A stretch of 64,000 nucleotides of DNA from an uncultured bacterium (GTDB taxonomy: Bacteria; Babelota; Babeliae; Babelales; Vermiphilaceae): positions 448,001-512,000 of the forward strand of contig OY968764.1 in the NCBI GenBank assembly GCA_963695335.1, in the 5' to 3' direction. The notes below the pieces were generated by a model. It made no database searches. It was not told where the DNA came from and saw nothing but the letters and a program-made list of their open reading frames with translations. Shown here piece after piece: positions 20,420 through 31,263 of this stretch. The position numbers were made by a program, and so were the translations under genes. The stretch's first letter is position 1, and every line of letters begins with the position of its first letter.

Positions 20420-21752
20420 TTTATTTTTATCAGCAGTTTTGTATTCAGTGCCATTTATTTTGAGTCACCATGTTTGGTGGCTCATTTTTTTATTTCCTGT
20501 TCCGTTATTGTATGCAGCAAATAAAGTAAATTTTTCTTTTAAAGATGGTTATCTGTGGGGATGCGCTGTTTTTACGTTGCACACACTGGGATGGATATAT
20601 CTGATTGCTAATATGGCGGGTGAATCATGGCCAATTGGGCTTATGCTGGGTATTGCAATGATTTTGTATCAAGCACTGTTGCCCGCATTTCTTTTTTTGG
20701 GCGTAACAAAAATAGTTACTTTTTTTTCCATTTATAATGCTTTTGCACGTTTATGTTTATGGACTGTTGCATTGTGGTTTTTTATTGTGTGGGTTGATTG
20801 GTACAGTTTGTGGATATGTGGTGTGGAAGAAGGGTATCCATTAATGCACCCATTGATTGTGCTTGCACAAAAACCACAACTGTTATGTTTATTACCGGTT
20901 GTTGGCAAGTTGTTGTTAACAGCTTTTTTTTTATTAGTTCCGATGAGTATTGCGGCATTGTTGTGGTATAGAAATTGGGGTGCAATGTTGTTTTTTTGTA
21001 TTGTTATGATGCCATGGTTGTTTTGTTGTTGTAAAAAATTAGAATTCAATCGAATAGCTTGGGAACCAAGCATAAACACTTTGCCATGCATGATGTGTTC
21101 TACAACTGATGACCCTGGAGTCATCATAAAAATTATTGGTAATTATCTTAAAAAGCTGGTTGCGCAGCAACCAACAATAGATATTATTATCATGCCGGAA
21201 TCAGCATGTAATATCAGTAATTTTGCAGAACTACCAGAGTTGCTGCAATTGTGGAATAGTGAAAATGTAGGGAAGAAAGTACACCTTATTTTTGGTGCAT
21301 CTCGATATCAGGGTGATGATTATTATAATTCATTACATTGGGTGCATGATGGAAAATTACAGCACTGTTATGATAAAAAACATGCGATGCTTTTATCAGA
21401 GCGATTATCTGGATTTATGAATAATAAGTTTTTTAAAGATATTTATTTTAATACAAGGCAACCGATAACGGTTTCATATTGCGATAGAACGCCGATTGTT
21501 ATATCACAAGAAATAAGTTTTGTTCCATATATCTGTTCGGAACTGTTTTTTAATGAATTGCCTGATGATTATAGCAAAGATCCTATTATTGCCATTGTTA
21601 ATGATCTGCTGTTTGTGCCATATATCCAAAAACTTTTGGTGCTTTTGGCACGGTTTAAGGCTATACAATGGCGACGGAATATAATCTATGTTTCCTATGC
21701 ACACTCACTTTTTATTGATGATTGTGGAGGGTGTAGGGAGATTAATGAGTGA
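20391..21752 (+). CDS. lnt: Apolipoprotein N-acyltransferase-like protein
   Basis: Multi-TM N-terminus; nitrilase triad motifs MPES, YDKKH, ICSE; start codon uncertain. Confidence 0.75.
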   Translation: MMQYHGRVSNLFLSAVLYSVPFILSHHVWWLIFLFPVPLLYAANKVNFSFKDGYLWGCAVFTLHTLGWIYLIANMAGESWPIGLMLGIAMILYQALLPAFLFLGVTKIVTFFSIYNAFARLCLWTVALWFFIVWVDWYSLWICGVEEGYPLMHPLIVLAQKPQLLCLLPVVGKLLLTAFFLLVPMSIAALLWYRNWGAMLFFCIVMMPWLFCCCKKLEFNRIAWEPSINTLPCMMCSTTDDPGVIIKIIGNYLKKLVAQQPTIDIIIMPESACNISNFAELPELLQLWNSENVGKKVHLIFGASRYQGDDYYNSLHWVHDGKLQHCYDKKHAMLLSERLSGFMNNKFFKDIYFNTRQPITVSYCDRTPIVISQEISFVPYICSELFFNELPDDYSKDPIIAIVNDLLFVPYIQKLLVLLARFKAIQWRRNIIYVSYAHSLFIDDCGGCREINE

Positions 21753-21755
21753 TTT

Positions 21756-22274
21756 TTATTCGTTTAACGAAGAAGTAATCGTTATCTTTTTCTGCTCATC
21801 ACGTATGATGTCAAAATGACGATCTCTGCATAGTGATTTTTGTGCTGGCGTGGACACCGCCTTATTTTCTTTTATTATTTTGCCCGAAACCTTGCCCTTC
21901 GTAGCTTTAGCGGAGTAGGGTTGCTTTTTGGTCTTACTTTTTTCTTCTACCCATGTGATGGCAATTTTTCTCCAGGGAGCTTTTTCAAAATTATGCATTT
22001 TTTGTTCTTGTGTAGGGTTTTCAACATAATACACCTGATCAAGGCAGAAGCCCCATTTGATTTCTGGTATGTCTTTTCTGCCAGGAGTGAAGGTGATCAT
22101 GGATTGTGGTTTTACTAATTGTTTGTAAAGAGGTTCTTTGATACCATCATTGCCTGTGTATTGAATTGCAACGGCTATTGGGTTTTCGGTACCGTTATGG
22201 AAACTGAATTCATAGGCTTTTACCGATATGATGGTACAGCAAGCGAGGAAGGCGGATGTATATGCATATTTCAT
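21756..22274 (-). CDS. Secreted hypothetical protein, paralog of 22350-23108, contains an in-frame REP
   Basis: Shared motifs YxFxxxNxT, ENPT..QK, W..I.ITWV, DRH.DII. Confidence 0.7.
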   Translation of the reverse strand: MKYAYTSAFLACCTIISVKAYEFSFHNGTENPIAVAIQYTGNDGIKEPLYKQLVKPQSMITFTPGRKDIPEIKWGFCLDQVYYVENPTQEQKMHNFEKAPWRKIAITWVEEKSKTKKQPYSAKATKGKVSGKIIKENKAVSTPAQKSLCRDRHFDIIRDEQKKITITSSLNE

Positions 22275-22349
22275 TTTATTTCCTTTTTTGTTTGTAAAAA
22301 GGGACCCCTTTTAAAGGCCCCTTTTTTTTGTTTACATACTTTTTGTAGT

Positions 22350-23108
22350 TTACAAGAGTGATATAAATTTGATCTGACCTTTATCTGTAATAATGTCTAT
22401 ATGGCGATCTGTCATCATAGAGCGTGAAGCAGATTTTCCAACTGCTGAGAGTAATTTAGTAAGAGCATCCGAAACTATCCCATCTTGAACCGCTTTAAGA
22501 ACAGCTGTGTTTGTTCCGGTGTTTGAAGTGGTTGCAGGTTCAGTAACAGCAAGTTTGGTTTTAGGAGCAGAAGCAGCTCCAATGCCGGCTTTTTTAAGAG
22601 TATCAAGAGCATCCATAGCTGTGTCTGTAGCAGATTTTACTGCAACAGACGCTCCATCTGTTGCTGCAGCCATAGCAGCTTCGAGTGCTAATTTTGCAGC
22701 TTCTATTGTTGCCGCACCAATAGCTTCACAAAGATCTATAGTGAGCTGGTATGCTTCAGTTGGTACCCATGTTATTTGGAATTCGCGCCATGCAATAGCT
22801 TTTGGATCTTGTTTTTGTGCTGCAGTTGGGTTTTCTGTATACCAGAATGTTTTACCAACAAAGCCTATTTTTCTGTATTCTATTTCTCTTTCTGTTGTTG
22901 ATCGAGTCGCTTGACCTGGTGTGAATTGACGCGCTTGGTGTGATGGAATCCATCTATAATAGCGAGGTTCACCAAGGCCGTAATATCTCATACCCACACC
23001 GATTTCTTTTTTGGTATGGTTAGAGAATATGTAACTATATGCTTGTGTTTGGCTTGTTGCGCCAATGATTGCAAGCACAGCGAGTGCTTTAAATATACGA
23101 TTTTTCAT
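22350..23108 (-). CDS. Secreted hypothetical protein with Ala-rich central insert
   Basis: Signal peptide; paralog of 21756-22274. Confidence 0.7.
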   Translation of the reverse strand: MKNRIFKALAVLAIIGATSQTQAYSYIFSNHTKKEIGVGMRYYGLGEPRYYRWIPSHQARQFTPGQATRSTTEREIEYRKIGFVGKTFWYTENPTAAQKQDPKAIAWREFQITWVPTEAYQLTIDLCEAIGAATIEAAKLALEAAMAAATDGASVAVKSATDTAMDALDTLKKAGIGAASAPKTKLAVTEPATTSNTGTNTAVLKAVQDGIVSDALTKLLSAVGKSASRSMMTDRHIDIITDKGQIKFISLL

Positions 23109-23331
23109 AATACCCCCTTAATAATAGATATTAAATATTTTCTTACTACATTTTTAGGTTACTTAAATGAACCCTTAAGAATCAATGGTTTTTAACTATT
23201 TTATTTCACTCTGTATTTATTGACCTGGTGCAAATGCGACTGAAGCGGGCTTTTGGGGGATAAGGACAGGTTTTATGGCTTAAAAAGGGTTTATTGTTAT
23301 GAAAAAGAAGATTAAAAGATGACTCTTTAAT

Positions 23332-23360
23332 TTGACAAATATAGAAAGAGACCTTATAGT
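23332..23360 (+). promoter_or_regulatory. Sigma70-type promoter for tRNA-fMet
   Basis: TTGACA-17 bp-TATAGT. Confidence 0.7.
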
Positions 23361-23387
23361 TATAATAACTTTTATTTGAAAATATGC

Positions 23388-23464
<77 letters not shown>

Positions 23465-23472
23465 GACTTTTA

Positions 23473-23657
23473 CCCCAGATTTCGCTGAAGCTCCAATCCG
23501 GGGACCCCTTATAAGAAAAAAGATTTGGCATGGCTTGCCCTTCGTAGCTCGTCAGAGCGGAGTAGGGCCAGTTTTTTAAAGGTTTGATATTAAAATAAAA
23601 AAAGGGTTTAGATAGCAAGAGCGAAGTCTGCCCTTCGAAGCTTCAGCGAAGTAGGGC
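23473..23657. repeat. Three family-A REP-like hairpins downstream of tRNA-fMet
   Basis: For example GCCCTTCGTAGCTCGTCAGAGCGGAGTAGGGC and GCCCTTCGAAGCTTCAGCGAAGTAGGGC. Confidence 0.78.
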
Positions 23658-23718
23658 TAACCTGTGAAAAATCAAATTTAAAACCGCATTCTCAATGCGG
23701 TTTTTTCGTGCATAATTT

Positions 23719-24156
23719 TTATTTTAAAAAACGTTGAGATACTGAGTGTGCTGTTTCTACTCGATAATTAATGAGATGCATATTAACGGATTGAAGGCCT
23801 AAAAGCATATTATTGGCCATTGAGATGGTTTTTTGTATGTATTCTTTAAGTTCTTTTATTTGAGTATATTCGGTTGGTGTGAATTCAAAATCTTCTAATT
23901 GCTCATTGAGTGCTTCAGTAATATTTTGTAATGTTTTGATTCGTGATGTAAGTTGTTGGTTGTTGATTTTTTCCATTCGAGCTTCCTCAAGCAGTTCGCT
24001 CACTCCTGATTCACTACTGACATTTGCTTTACCTATTGGTATTTCAAACTGTTCACCACTGGCACTGAATCTTTCTTTTTCCATAGCAAAAACCTGGAAT
24101 GATGTACAAAAACCAACAGATAAAGATAGCAATAGATATTTTTTTATAGTATTCAT
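23719..24156 (-). CDS. Secreted coiled-coil protein, tandem paralog
   Basis: Signal peptide ending FQVFA-MEKE, shared with 24175-24609. Confidence 0.72.
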   Translation of the reverse strand: MNTIKKYLLLSLSVGFCTSFQVFAMEKERFSASGEQFEIPIGKANVSSESGVSELLEEARMEKINNQQLTSRIKTLQNITEALNEQLEDFEFTPTEYTQIKELKEYIQKTISMANNMLLGLQSVNMHLINYRVETAHSVSQRFLK

Positions 24157-24174
24157 AAGGGTACCTTCTAGTTT

Positions 24175-24609
24175 TTAATACGAAGATGACTCAGATGATG
24201 TGTCTATTTGATTCCATCGGGTGATTATAGCTCTTACATTTTGATCAATGAGTTGTAAATTAACAGGTATAATGCCAAAAAGCATATCCCTCGCTTTTAT
24301 GGTAACTGCATGTGTGTCTTGCTGGAGTTGTTTGAGCTCATTATGTTCTCTGATAGATATATCCTTATCTCTGAGTGTTTGGTTTATCATTCTGCTAACG
24401 GTTTCTAGTTTTTGAATTATTTTTGCAAGTTTTTGTTTGATCCATTCGTTTATCTCTGATTCACTGCTTGTATCAGCTATTCCTAATGATTGTTCTTCCC
24501 TTGATCTGCTTGCGTTTGATTTTACTTCTTTTTCCATAGCAAAAACCTGGAATGATGCACAAAAAGCGACTGATAATGCTAAAAATAGATCTTTTTTTAT
24601 ACTATTCAT
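24175..24609 (-). CDS. Secreted coiled-coil protein, tandem paralog
   Basis: Signal peptide ending FQVFA-MEKE; similar C-terminal half to its neighbour. Confidence 0.72.
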   Translation of the reverse strand: MNSIKKDLFLALSVAFCASFQVFAMEKEVKSNASRSREEQSLGIADTSSESEINEWIKQKLAKIIQKLETVSRMINQTLRDKDISIREHNELKQLQQDTHAVTIKARDMLFGIIPVNLQLIDQNVRAIITRWNQIDTSSESSSY

Positions 24610-24670
24610 AAGGTACTCTTTCTATAAAAGGTTATGTCCTTTGACAGTTATCAGAATACCCAATCAAGAT

Positions 24671-25087
24671 TCAATTAGTCAATGAATTATGCATATTTGC
24701 GCTCTTTAATATCTCTTTTGCATTATCATAGGTTAGTCGTTCAAGAGCGTTTTGGTACGTCAGCCAGGCATAATTGGTGTGTTCATGAGACAGTTTTACA
24801 TTACTATTTGTTGCTTGTCCGGTAAAAAAGTAAACGGTTTTTATGGTTTTCTCGTGATCGTACATAAAAATGTATTGAATTGTCTCTTCAAAATTGCCAT
24901 CAATCTGTGCTGTCAGATTGGTTTCTTCTTTAAGTTCTCGCAGCGCAGCTTCTTCTTTTGTCTCACCAGCTTCTATTTTGCCTTTAGGGAAATCCCAGTG
25001 GCCAGCGCCATATTGCAATAAGAGATAGAGAATTGTATTGTTTTCTTTTTTATAGATGATAATTCCGGCAGAATATTGGTGTTTCAT
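24671..25087 (-). CDS. NUDIX hydrolase (Ap4A hydrolase-like)
   Basis: HWDFPKGKIEAGETKEEAALRELKEET Nudix box; LSHEH. Confidence 0.9.
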   Translation of the reverse strand: MKHQYSAGIIIYKKENNTILYLLLQYGAGHWDFPKGKIEAGETKEEAALRELKEETNLTAQIDGNFEETIQYIFMYDHEKTIKTVYFFTGQATNSNVKLSHEHTNYAWLTYQNALERLTYDNAKEILKSANMHNSLTN

Positions 25088-25095
25088 AGAATATC

Positions 25096-26655
25096 TTATT
25101 TTAAAAAATGAAGATGTATATTACATAACGAGCGTGAAATATAGAGTAATGTAAGAAAGAGTAAACTTAAAGGCCCTACCCATAACCAGAGGCCTATTTT
25201 GGTGATGAAAAAGAGTGAAAGGGTTGCAGGTAAGAACCATTCAATTGCTTTTATTATAATATGATAGCATATCAAAAACGCTGTGCTTAAAATAGTTAAT
25301 TGTGCAGTGTATCGCAATGCAAATTGTAGAAATGGCATCAGGTATATGCGGAAGGTGTATTTTTTATACAAAACAGCTAAAAAGAGTACCGTTTGTACAA
25401 CGCTTGAAAGTGTTGTTGCAATAGCGAGTCCTGTTGCCTGAAATTGGTCAATAAATAACATATTCAGAATGACATTGATAATTGTTGCGCAGAGTGCAAC
25501 AAAAGCTGGAATCCATGCAGCGTGCATTGCATAAAAAATATTGAGTAAGATTTTGTTGAGAGAGAAAAAGAATAGCCCAAGTAAAAATGCTCGTAAAATT
25601 GTTCCAGCTTCTTGCACTTGAGTAAGTGTGAATTTTTTTGAAAGAAATATAGTCGAAAAGATCTCTTCTGAAAAAAATGCCATCAATAAGGCAACGGGAA
25701 TAGTGATCCAAAAAATAAATTTAGTTGATTCAAGTAAATAAAAATGGAGTCTTTTGGGATTAGAAATATGCATGCGTGAAAAATGGGGAAGTAAAATAGT
25801 AGAAAACGCAACTGCAAAGACCCCTAAAGGAATGCCTACAAAACGGTTTGCATAAAAGATGAGTGATATTGATCCTGGCGCCAAGAGTGATGCAAAGCTT
25901 GTATCAATAAAGAGTGCAATTTCCATTAAGCTGACGCTTGGTAAGCAGAGTAAAAATTTTCCCATTATTTGCATAAAAATAGAAACATCTTTGCGTGTTA
26001 TTGGGCCAAAAAAGAAATGATACTTAAAGTACATAATCAGATGTAAAATAAAATGTACTGCTCCTGCAAACACAATACACCAACAAAGATATGTTACGGG
26101 AAGATTATAGAAGAGAGAGATGCATATACCCGCAATAAAAATAAGATTTACTATGACGGGTGCAATTGCAGGAGTAAAAAAGTGACCAACCGCATGGAGT
26201 GCGCCACCTAACAGAGCGCTGCTTGATATGAACAAGATAAAAGGCATAAGAATGTGGAGCATGGGAACAGCAGCAGTAAGTTGTTCTTGAGAAAATCCAG
26301 GAGCAATAAAATGGATCACTTGCTGCGCGTGGATCATAACAAAAGCGCAGATTGCTACAACAAGCCCTTCAAAAACTATAAAAGAGAGCGACATTAGTCC
26401 CGCGATGGTTTGCGGACCATTTTGTTTCATGGTGCTGACAACTGTTGGAATGAATGCGGCTGAAAGAGCGCCTTCTGCAAATATTTTACGCAAAGAGTTG
26501 GGAATTTTGTATGCAGTTAAAAAAGCATCGGATAGTCCGCTGACTCCAAGATATTTGACCATGAGTACTTCACGTACAATTCCGAAAAATCTACTGAGGA
26601 GTGTTGAGCTGCCGACTTGGATTGTTTTTTGTATGATTTTATTTTTTGTTAACAT
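25096..26655 (-). CDS. murJ: Lipid II flippase
   Basis: SRFFGIVRE, SDAF..AYKIPNSLRKIFAEGALSAAFIP; multi-TM. Confidence 0.95.
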   Translation of the reverse strand: MLTKNKIIQKTIQVGSSTLLSRFFGIVREVLMVKYLGVSGLSDAFLTAYKIPNSLRKIFAEGALSAAFIPTVVSTMKQNGPQTIAGLMSLSFIVFEGLVVAICAFVMIHAQQVIHFIAPGFSQEQLTAAVPMLHILMPFILFISSSALLGGALHAVGHFFTPAIAPVIVNLIFIAGICISLFYNLPVTYLCWCIVFAGAVHFILHLIMYFKYHFFFGPITRKDVSIFMQIMGKFLLCLPSVSLMEIALFIDTSFASLLAPGSISLIFYANRFVGIPLGVFAVAFSTILLPHFSRMHISNPKRLHFYLLESTKFIFWITIPVALLMAFFSEEIFSTIFLSKKFTLTQVQEAGTILRAFLLGLFFFSLNKILLNIFYAMHAAWIPAFVALCATIINVILNMLFIDQFQATGLAIATTLSSVVQTVLFLAVLYKKYTFRIYLMPFLQFALRYTAQLTILSTAFLICYHIIIKAIEWFLPATLSLFFITKIGLWLWVGPLSLLFLTLLYISRSLCNIHLHFLK

Positions 26656-27329
26656 GGGATTAATTCACCATCATTTAACTGGTACATTTCATCCATTTTC
26701 TCCGCAACATATTCATCATGACTACTGATAATAATTCCCATATCCCATTCCTCTTGGCATGCAATCAGTAGATCAATAATATTTTTTCCTGTTGCAAGAT
26801 CCAAGTTGCCCGTTGGCTCATCGGCGATTAAAAAAGCTGGTTTATTAAAAAGAGCACGCGCAATAGCAACACGCTGTTGTTGTCCGCCAGAGAGTTCTCC
26901 AATTTTACTATCTTTTTTGTGAATGAGCTCTATTTTTTTCAGTAGTTCAATTGCTTTTGCTTCACAATCATGACGTGTGTGTCCATTAATAAGTCCAGGA
27001 ATGATAATATTTTCTATAACAGAAAGTTCTTTAAGTAAATGGGGAGATTGGAATACTAAGCCAATTGATTTGTTTAAAAACTGTTCACGTTGGGAAGGGG
27101 AAAGGCTTTGTAGTGAATGGTCGTTGAATATAACAGTTCCAGTTGTTGGCGCATCGAGTCCTGCAAGAATGTGAATAAATGTTGATTTTCCCGATCCGGA
27201 GATGCCGGTAATGGCGTAACTTTTTTTTTGTTCAAATGTGCATGTTATATCTTTAAGAACAGTAATTTGTTGTGTGCCTTGCGTGAATGTTTTGGAAATC
27301 TTTTGTGTGGAAAGGATGGCTCTATCCAT
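26649..27329 (-). CDS. lolD: ABC transporter ATPase, LolD-like
   Basis: [33 protein letters not shown]. Confidence 0.8.
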   Translation of the reverse strand: MDRAILSTQKISKTFTQGTQQITVLKDITCTFEQKKSYAITGISGSGKSTFIHILAGLDAPTTGTVIFNDHSLQSLSPSQREQFLNKSIGLVFQSPHLLKELSVIENIIIPGLINGHTRHDCEAKAIELLKKIELIHKKDSKIGELSGGQQQRVAIARALFNKPAFLIADEPTGNLDLATGKNIIDLLIACQEEWDMGIIISSHDEYVAEKMDEMYQLNDGELIPC

Positions 27330-27406
27330 GGTGCTTCCTGAAGGTGAGGGGTTTTGATTTAGTATAGCATAAGTCGTTATATTCACTCTATTCAAATTTT
27401 TCTCTT

Positions 27407-27481
27407 GCGCTCGTCCTGAACTTGTTGAAGGATATCTTTCGAGCGCTCAAAGATACCCTTCGACAGGCTCAGGGCGAGCGC
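27407..27481. repeat. Family-B REPIN-like inverted pair
   Basis: GCGCTCGTCCTGAACTTGTTGAAGG ... CCTTCGACAGGCTCAGGGCGAGCGC. Confidence 0.85.
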
Positions 27482-27729
27482 GGGGAAGATGGGCGGTGGG
27501 AAAATAAGCCCTTTTAACTGGGGTCCCCATCGGAAGGAACTGGAGATGGGGTTACAAGACGCCTCTTTTTATAGCAGAAAATTATCTCAAATTGATAGTA
27601 TTTTATACAAAAGCTCTAAAATAAGGCTTTTTTGGTTTATTGCTGATAATTATTGAGTTGTTTTATGGCCAGCTCATAAACTAATAAACGTAATGTACAG
27701 CACAAATAAAAAACTAGGGGGGAGTTATA

Positions 27730-30100
27730 ATGAAAAGTGTTGTCAATCAAAAAAAGGTAAATGTCTCTTCTGAGGTGCTACCAGTTATACCAACAATGGA
27801 TGTGGTTGTTTTTCCACAAATTATTGTTCCGCTACTTGTTCTTGATGAAAAAATTATTAATGGGATTAACCAAGCAATAGAAGAAAAAAAAATGGTATTT
27901 CTTCTTGCTGCAAAAAATGGGGTTGATCCACAAGGGGCAATCAGTACAGAAGATTTGTACACGGTTGGTACGGTTGCTACGATAATGCGTCTGATTAAAA
28001 TACCTGAAGGTGGAATTAAAATTCTTGTTCAGGGCGTTTCCAAAGCGCGTGCTCTTGATATCATGACTGATGATAATATGTTGCATGCAAAAGTTCAAAA
28101 GCTGCAAGATGAAGAGATCAATGCAGCAGAATTAACTGCATGTGTACAAAGAATTAAAAAAATTGCTGATCAAATGGCAACTTCAGGATATACCTTCAGT
28201 CCAGATTTCCATATTATTCTTTCTAAAATGACATGATGCAGGAAAAATTGGCGATTTTATTCTTTCTCACCTTAATCTTAATGTTGATGATGCGCAAAGA
28301 CTTCTTGAAACAGATAATCAAAAAGATTTCTTGATAATGTTATCTGATTATTTGAGTAAAGAGGTACAAGTTGCTGAGATTCAAGAAAAAATTAGAAACA
28401 ATGCTCGTGAATCTATGAATCAGTCTCAAAAAGAGTTTTATTTGCGTGAACAACTTAAGGCAATTAAACAAGAGCTTGGTGAAGATGATTTAGAAGAAAT
28501 AGAAGAGATGCGCGATAAATTAGCCGCTCTTGAAGTTTCGGATGAAGTTAAAAAAGAAGTTGGCAGACAAATTAATCGTTTAGAACGCACAGCGCCAGAT
28601 TCTCTTGAAGCAACCGTCACACGTAACCATTTGGAATGGGTGTTTGCATTACCATGGAACACTGCAACGGAAGATAATTTAGATATTGCGCATGCAAAAG
28701 AAGTTCTTGATGAAGATCATTTTGGTTTAAAAGAGATTAAAGATCGTATTTTAGATTTTATATCAGTGCGTAATTTAAAAAAAGATGGTTTTGCACCGAT
28801 TCTTTGTTTTGTTGGGCCTCCAGGAACGGGTAAAACATCATTGGGTAAATCAATTGCACGTAGTTTGGGCAGAGAGTATGGCCGTATATCTCTTGGTGGT
28901 GTCAAAGATGAAGCGGAAATTCGTGGTCACCGGAGAACATATGTTGGCGCAATGCCAGGAAGATTTATTCAGGCATTACGCAAAGCAGGATCACGTAACC
29001 CATTATTAGTGATTGATGAGTTGGATAAAATAGGTGCAGATTTTAGAGGTGATCCTTCAGCGGCGATGCTTGAAGTTCTTGATCCTCAACAAAATAAGAC
29101 ATTTTATGATAACTATCTTGGTATACCATTTGATTTATCAGAAGTGATGTTTATTGCAACGGCAAATAGTGTGGATGTTATTTCTGAACCATTACGTGAT
29201 CGTATGGAAATTATTGAACTGAGTGGCTACACCATGGAAGAAAAAGTAAAAATAGCGCAACAGCATTTGGTGAGAAAATCAATCACCAATGCAGGGCTTG
29301 ATAGTAATAAATTGACTATTTCTGACGATATTATTCAAAGAATTGTGACCGATTACACGCGTGAATCAGGAGTGCGTCAGTTGGAACGTTTGATTGGTAA
29401 AATGTGTTCCAAAGCTGCACGAACATTTGTAGAAACCAAAAAATTTAATGGTTTTACACTTGATAATCTTGAAAACTATCTTGGACCATGTCGCTTTATA
29501 GATGATGGCGCAAATAAATCGCATCAAATTGGTATCACTAATGGACTTGCATGGACAGTGCATGGTGGTGAAATACTGCAAATAGAAGCAATGCTTATGC
29601 CAGGAACGGGTAAATTGTTATTAACTGGCCAACTGGGTGATGTGATGAAAGAGTCTGCGCAAGCGGCACGCAGTTATGCGTGTGCGCATGCAAAAGATTT
29701 TGGTATTGATAACAAATTGTTTACTGATTTTGATATGCATATTCATCTTCCAGCTGGTGCGGTGCCAAAAGATGGTCCATCAGCAGGGCTTGCAATGTTA
29801 ACTGCAATGCTTTCAACCTTAACAAAGCGTCCAATTAACGCTAATTATGCCATGACAGGGGAGTTGAACTTACGTGGTGAAGTTATGCCAATTGGTGGCG
29901 TTAAAGAAAAAATCTTGGCAGCAAAACGTAATAATATTCCGCATGTGATTTTACCAAGAAAAAACAGCCATAATTTGGCAGAGCTTGATAATTTAATTGA
30001 TGGTATTCAAGTTATCCTGGTTGATCATGCGAATGATATTATGGATAAATTGTTGATGCCATTGGATAGTATTGATGATAAGGCTGGGCAAGAATGCTGA
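27730..30100 (+). CDS. lon: Lon protease, split by one extra base near 28231
   Basis: Lon N-domain, GPPGTGKTS, PKDGPSAG; removing one A gives continuous SKMHDAGKIGDFILSHL. Confidence 0.92.
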
Positions 30101-30168
30101 CAGCGCAGAATAGAGTTAATATAAAAACCGGGTGATTGTGTCACCCGGTTTTTGTTTACATATTATTT

Positions 30169-31086
30169 TTATTGTTGTTGAGCTTTCATGCTTGCAATTT
30201 GCTTCTCTAATGCTTTGTTCTGTTGTTGAAGCTCTTCAAGTTCATATTTGGCCTTTTGTAATGCTTCAGGATCAACAGTTTCAGGATTTTCTTCAGCACC
30301 TAAAATATAATTCATTAAAGTACCGATAGTTTTTTGTATGGCATATTGTTTTGCTTGGTACCAGGCTATACTTACGGCTAATCCGCCTGCAGCACCAGCA
30401 AGCCATTTTGCATTGGAAACAAAACCGCCTGTTGTCTCTGTTGGTATTTCTGTGGATGTGGAAGGTAATGCTGGTGATGGTGTTGAACGCCATGATGGCA
30501 CGTAACCCCAAGCTGTTGATGCTGCAGAACCTAATTTACCACCTAATGTACTTGCTCCACTCATTATAGCAGCGCTATTGTTAACAAGAAGATACGCTGT
30601 GGCAAGACCTACGGCACCAATGAGTGCACCTACCGACCAATTATTAAGTGCGTTGACTGCTTTGGGGCGAGTAGTGGTTGTTTTACCTAATTGTGTTTCT
30701 ATTTTTGTTAATTCTTGATAGAGTCCTTCAAGTTGTTTTTTGTTTGCTATTATCTCTTTAGCATCAAAATAGCTGATGTAACCTTCTTCATTTCTAATCT
30801 TATTTTCTAGTTCTGTAATCTCATCAAGCAATATCTGTTCTTTTAAGATTAATAGAGTACTAGGATTGTTTTTAATATCAGCAGCCAATTTTTCAGCAGC
30901 ATCCATTTTTTCTTGTTGAGTTGATGCGTTTTTAAGCGCTTTGGTATCCACAAACATCTGTTTTTCATTTTTGGTTACAGGAACAGTTTGTGATAGAGGG
31001 GTTCTGCGCTTCATGATTTTGGCATCAACGGTGCCAATGAGGGTAAAAGCAAGGGTGGCAAGAGTAATATGTAGTAATTTTTTCAT
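30169..31086 (-). CDS. Secreted coiled-coil protein with internal hydrophobic segments (paralog 1 of 3)
   Basis: N-terminus MKKLLHITL..IGTVDAKIM shared with neighbours. Confidence 0.75.
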   Translation of the reverse strand: MKKLLHITLATLAFTLIGTVDAKIMKRRTPLSQTVPVTKNEKQMFVDTKALKNASTQQEKMDAAEKLAADIKNNPSTLLILKEQILLDEITELENKIRNEEGYISYFDAKEIIANKKQLEGLYQELTKIETQLGKTTTTRPKAVNALNNWSVGALIGAVGLATAYLLVNNSAAIMSGASTLGGKLGSAASTAWGYVPSWRSTPSPALPSTSTEIPTETTGGFVSNAKWLAGAAGGLAVSIAWYQAKQYAIQKTIGTLMNYILGAEENPETVDPEALQKAKYELEELQQQNKALEKQIASMKAQQQ

Positions 31087-31263
31087 AACAACTCTCCTTT
31101 ATATATATTTCTACCTTTAGAATAATAAAATCAGTTTCAGATAGTCAATAGATTGGTAAAGTGTTGATAGGTATATAGGAAGGGGTGGTGTTAAAAAAAG
31201 AATGTTTGGAATGAAAAAGAAAGGGCAGCATATCATATGCTGCCCTGATTTGTATTGATCAGT

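Noticed and set aside
27515..27565. CCCCATC-GGAAGGAACTGGA-GATGGGG hairpin as SRP RNA
   Set aside because: Has GGAAGGAA but lacks the CAGG/AGCAG internal loop and the long helix; remains an unexplained hairpin upstream of lon
28220..28240. Programmed frameshift in lon
   Set aside because: No slippery heptamer or stimulatory structure evident
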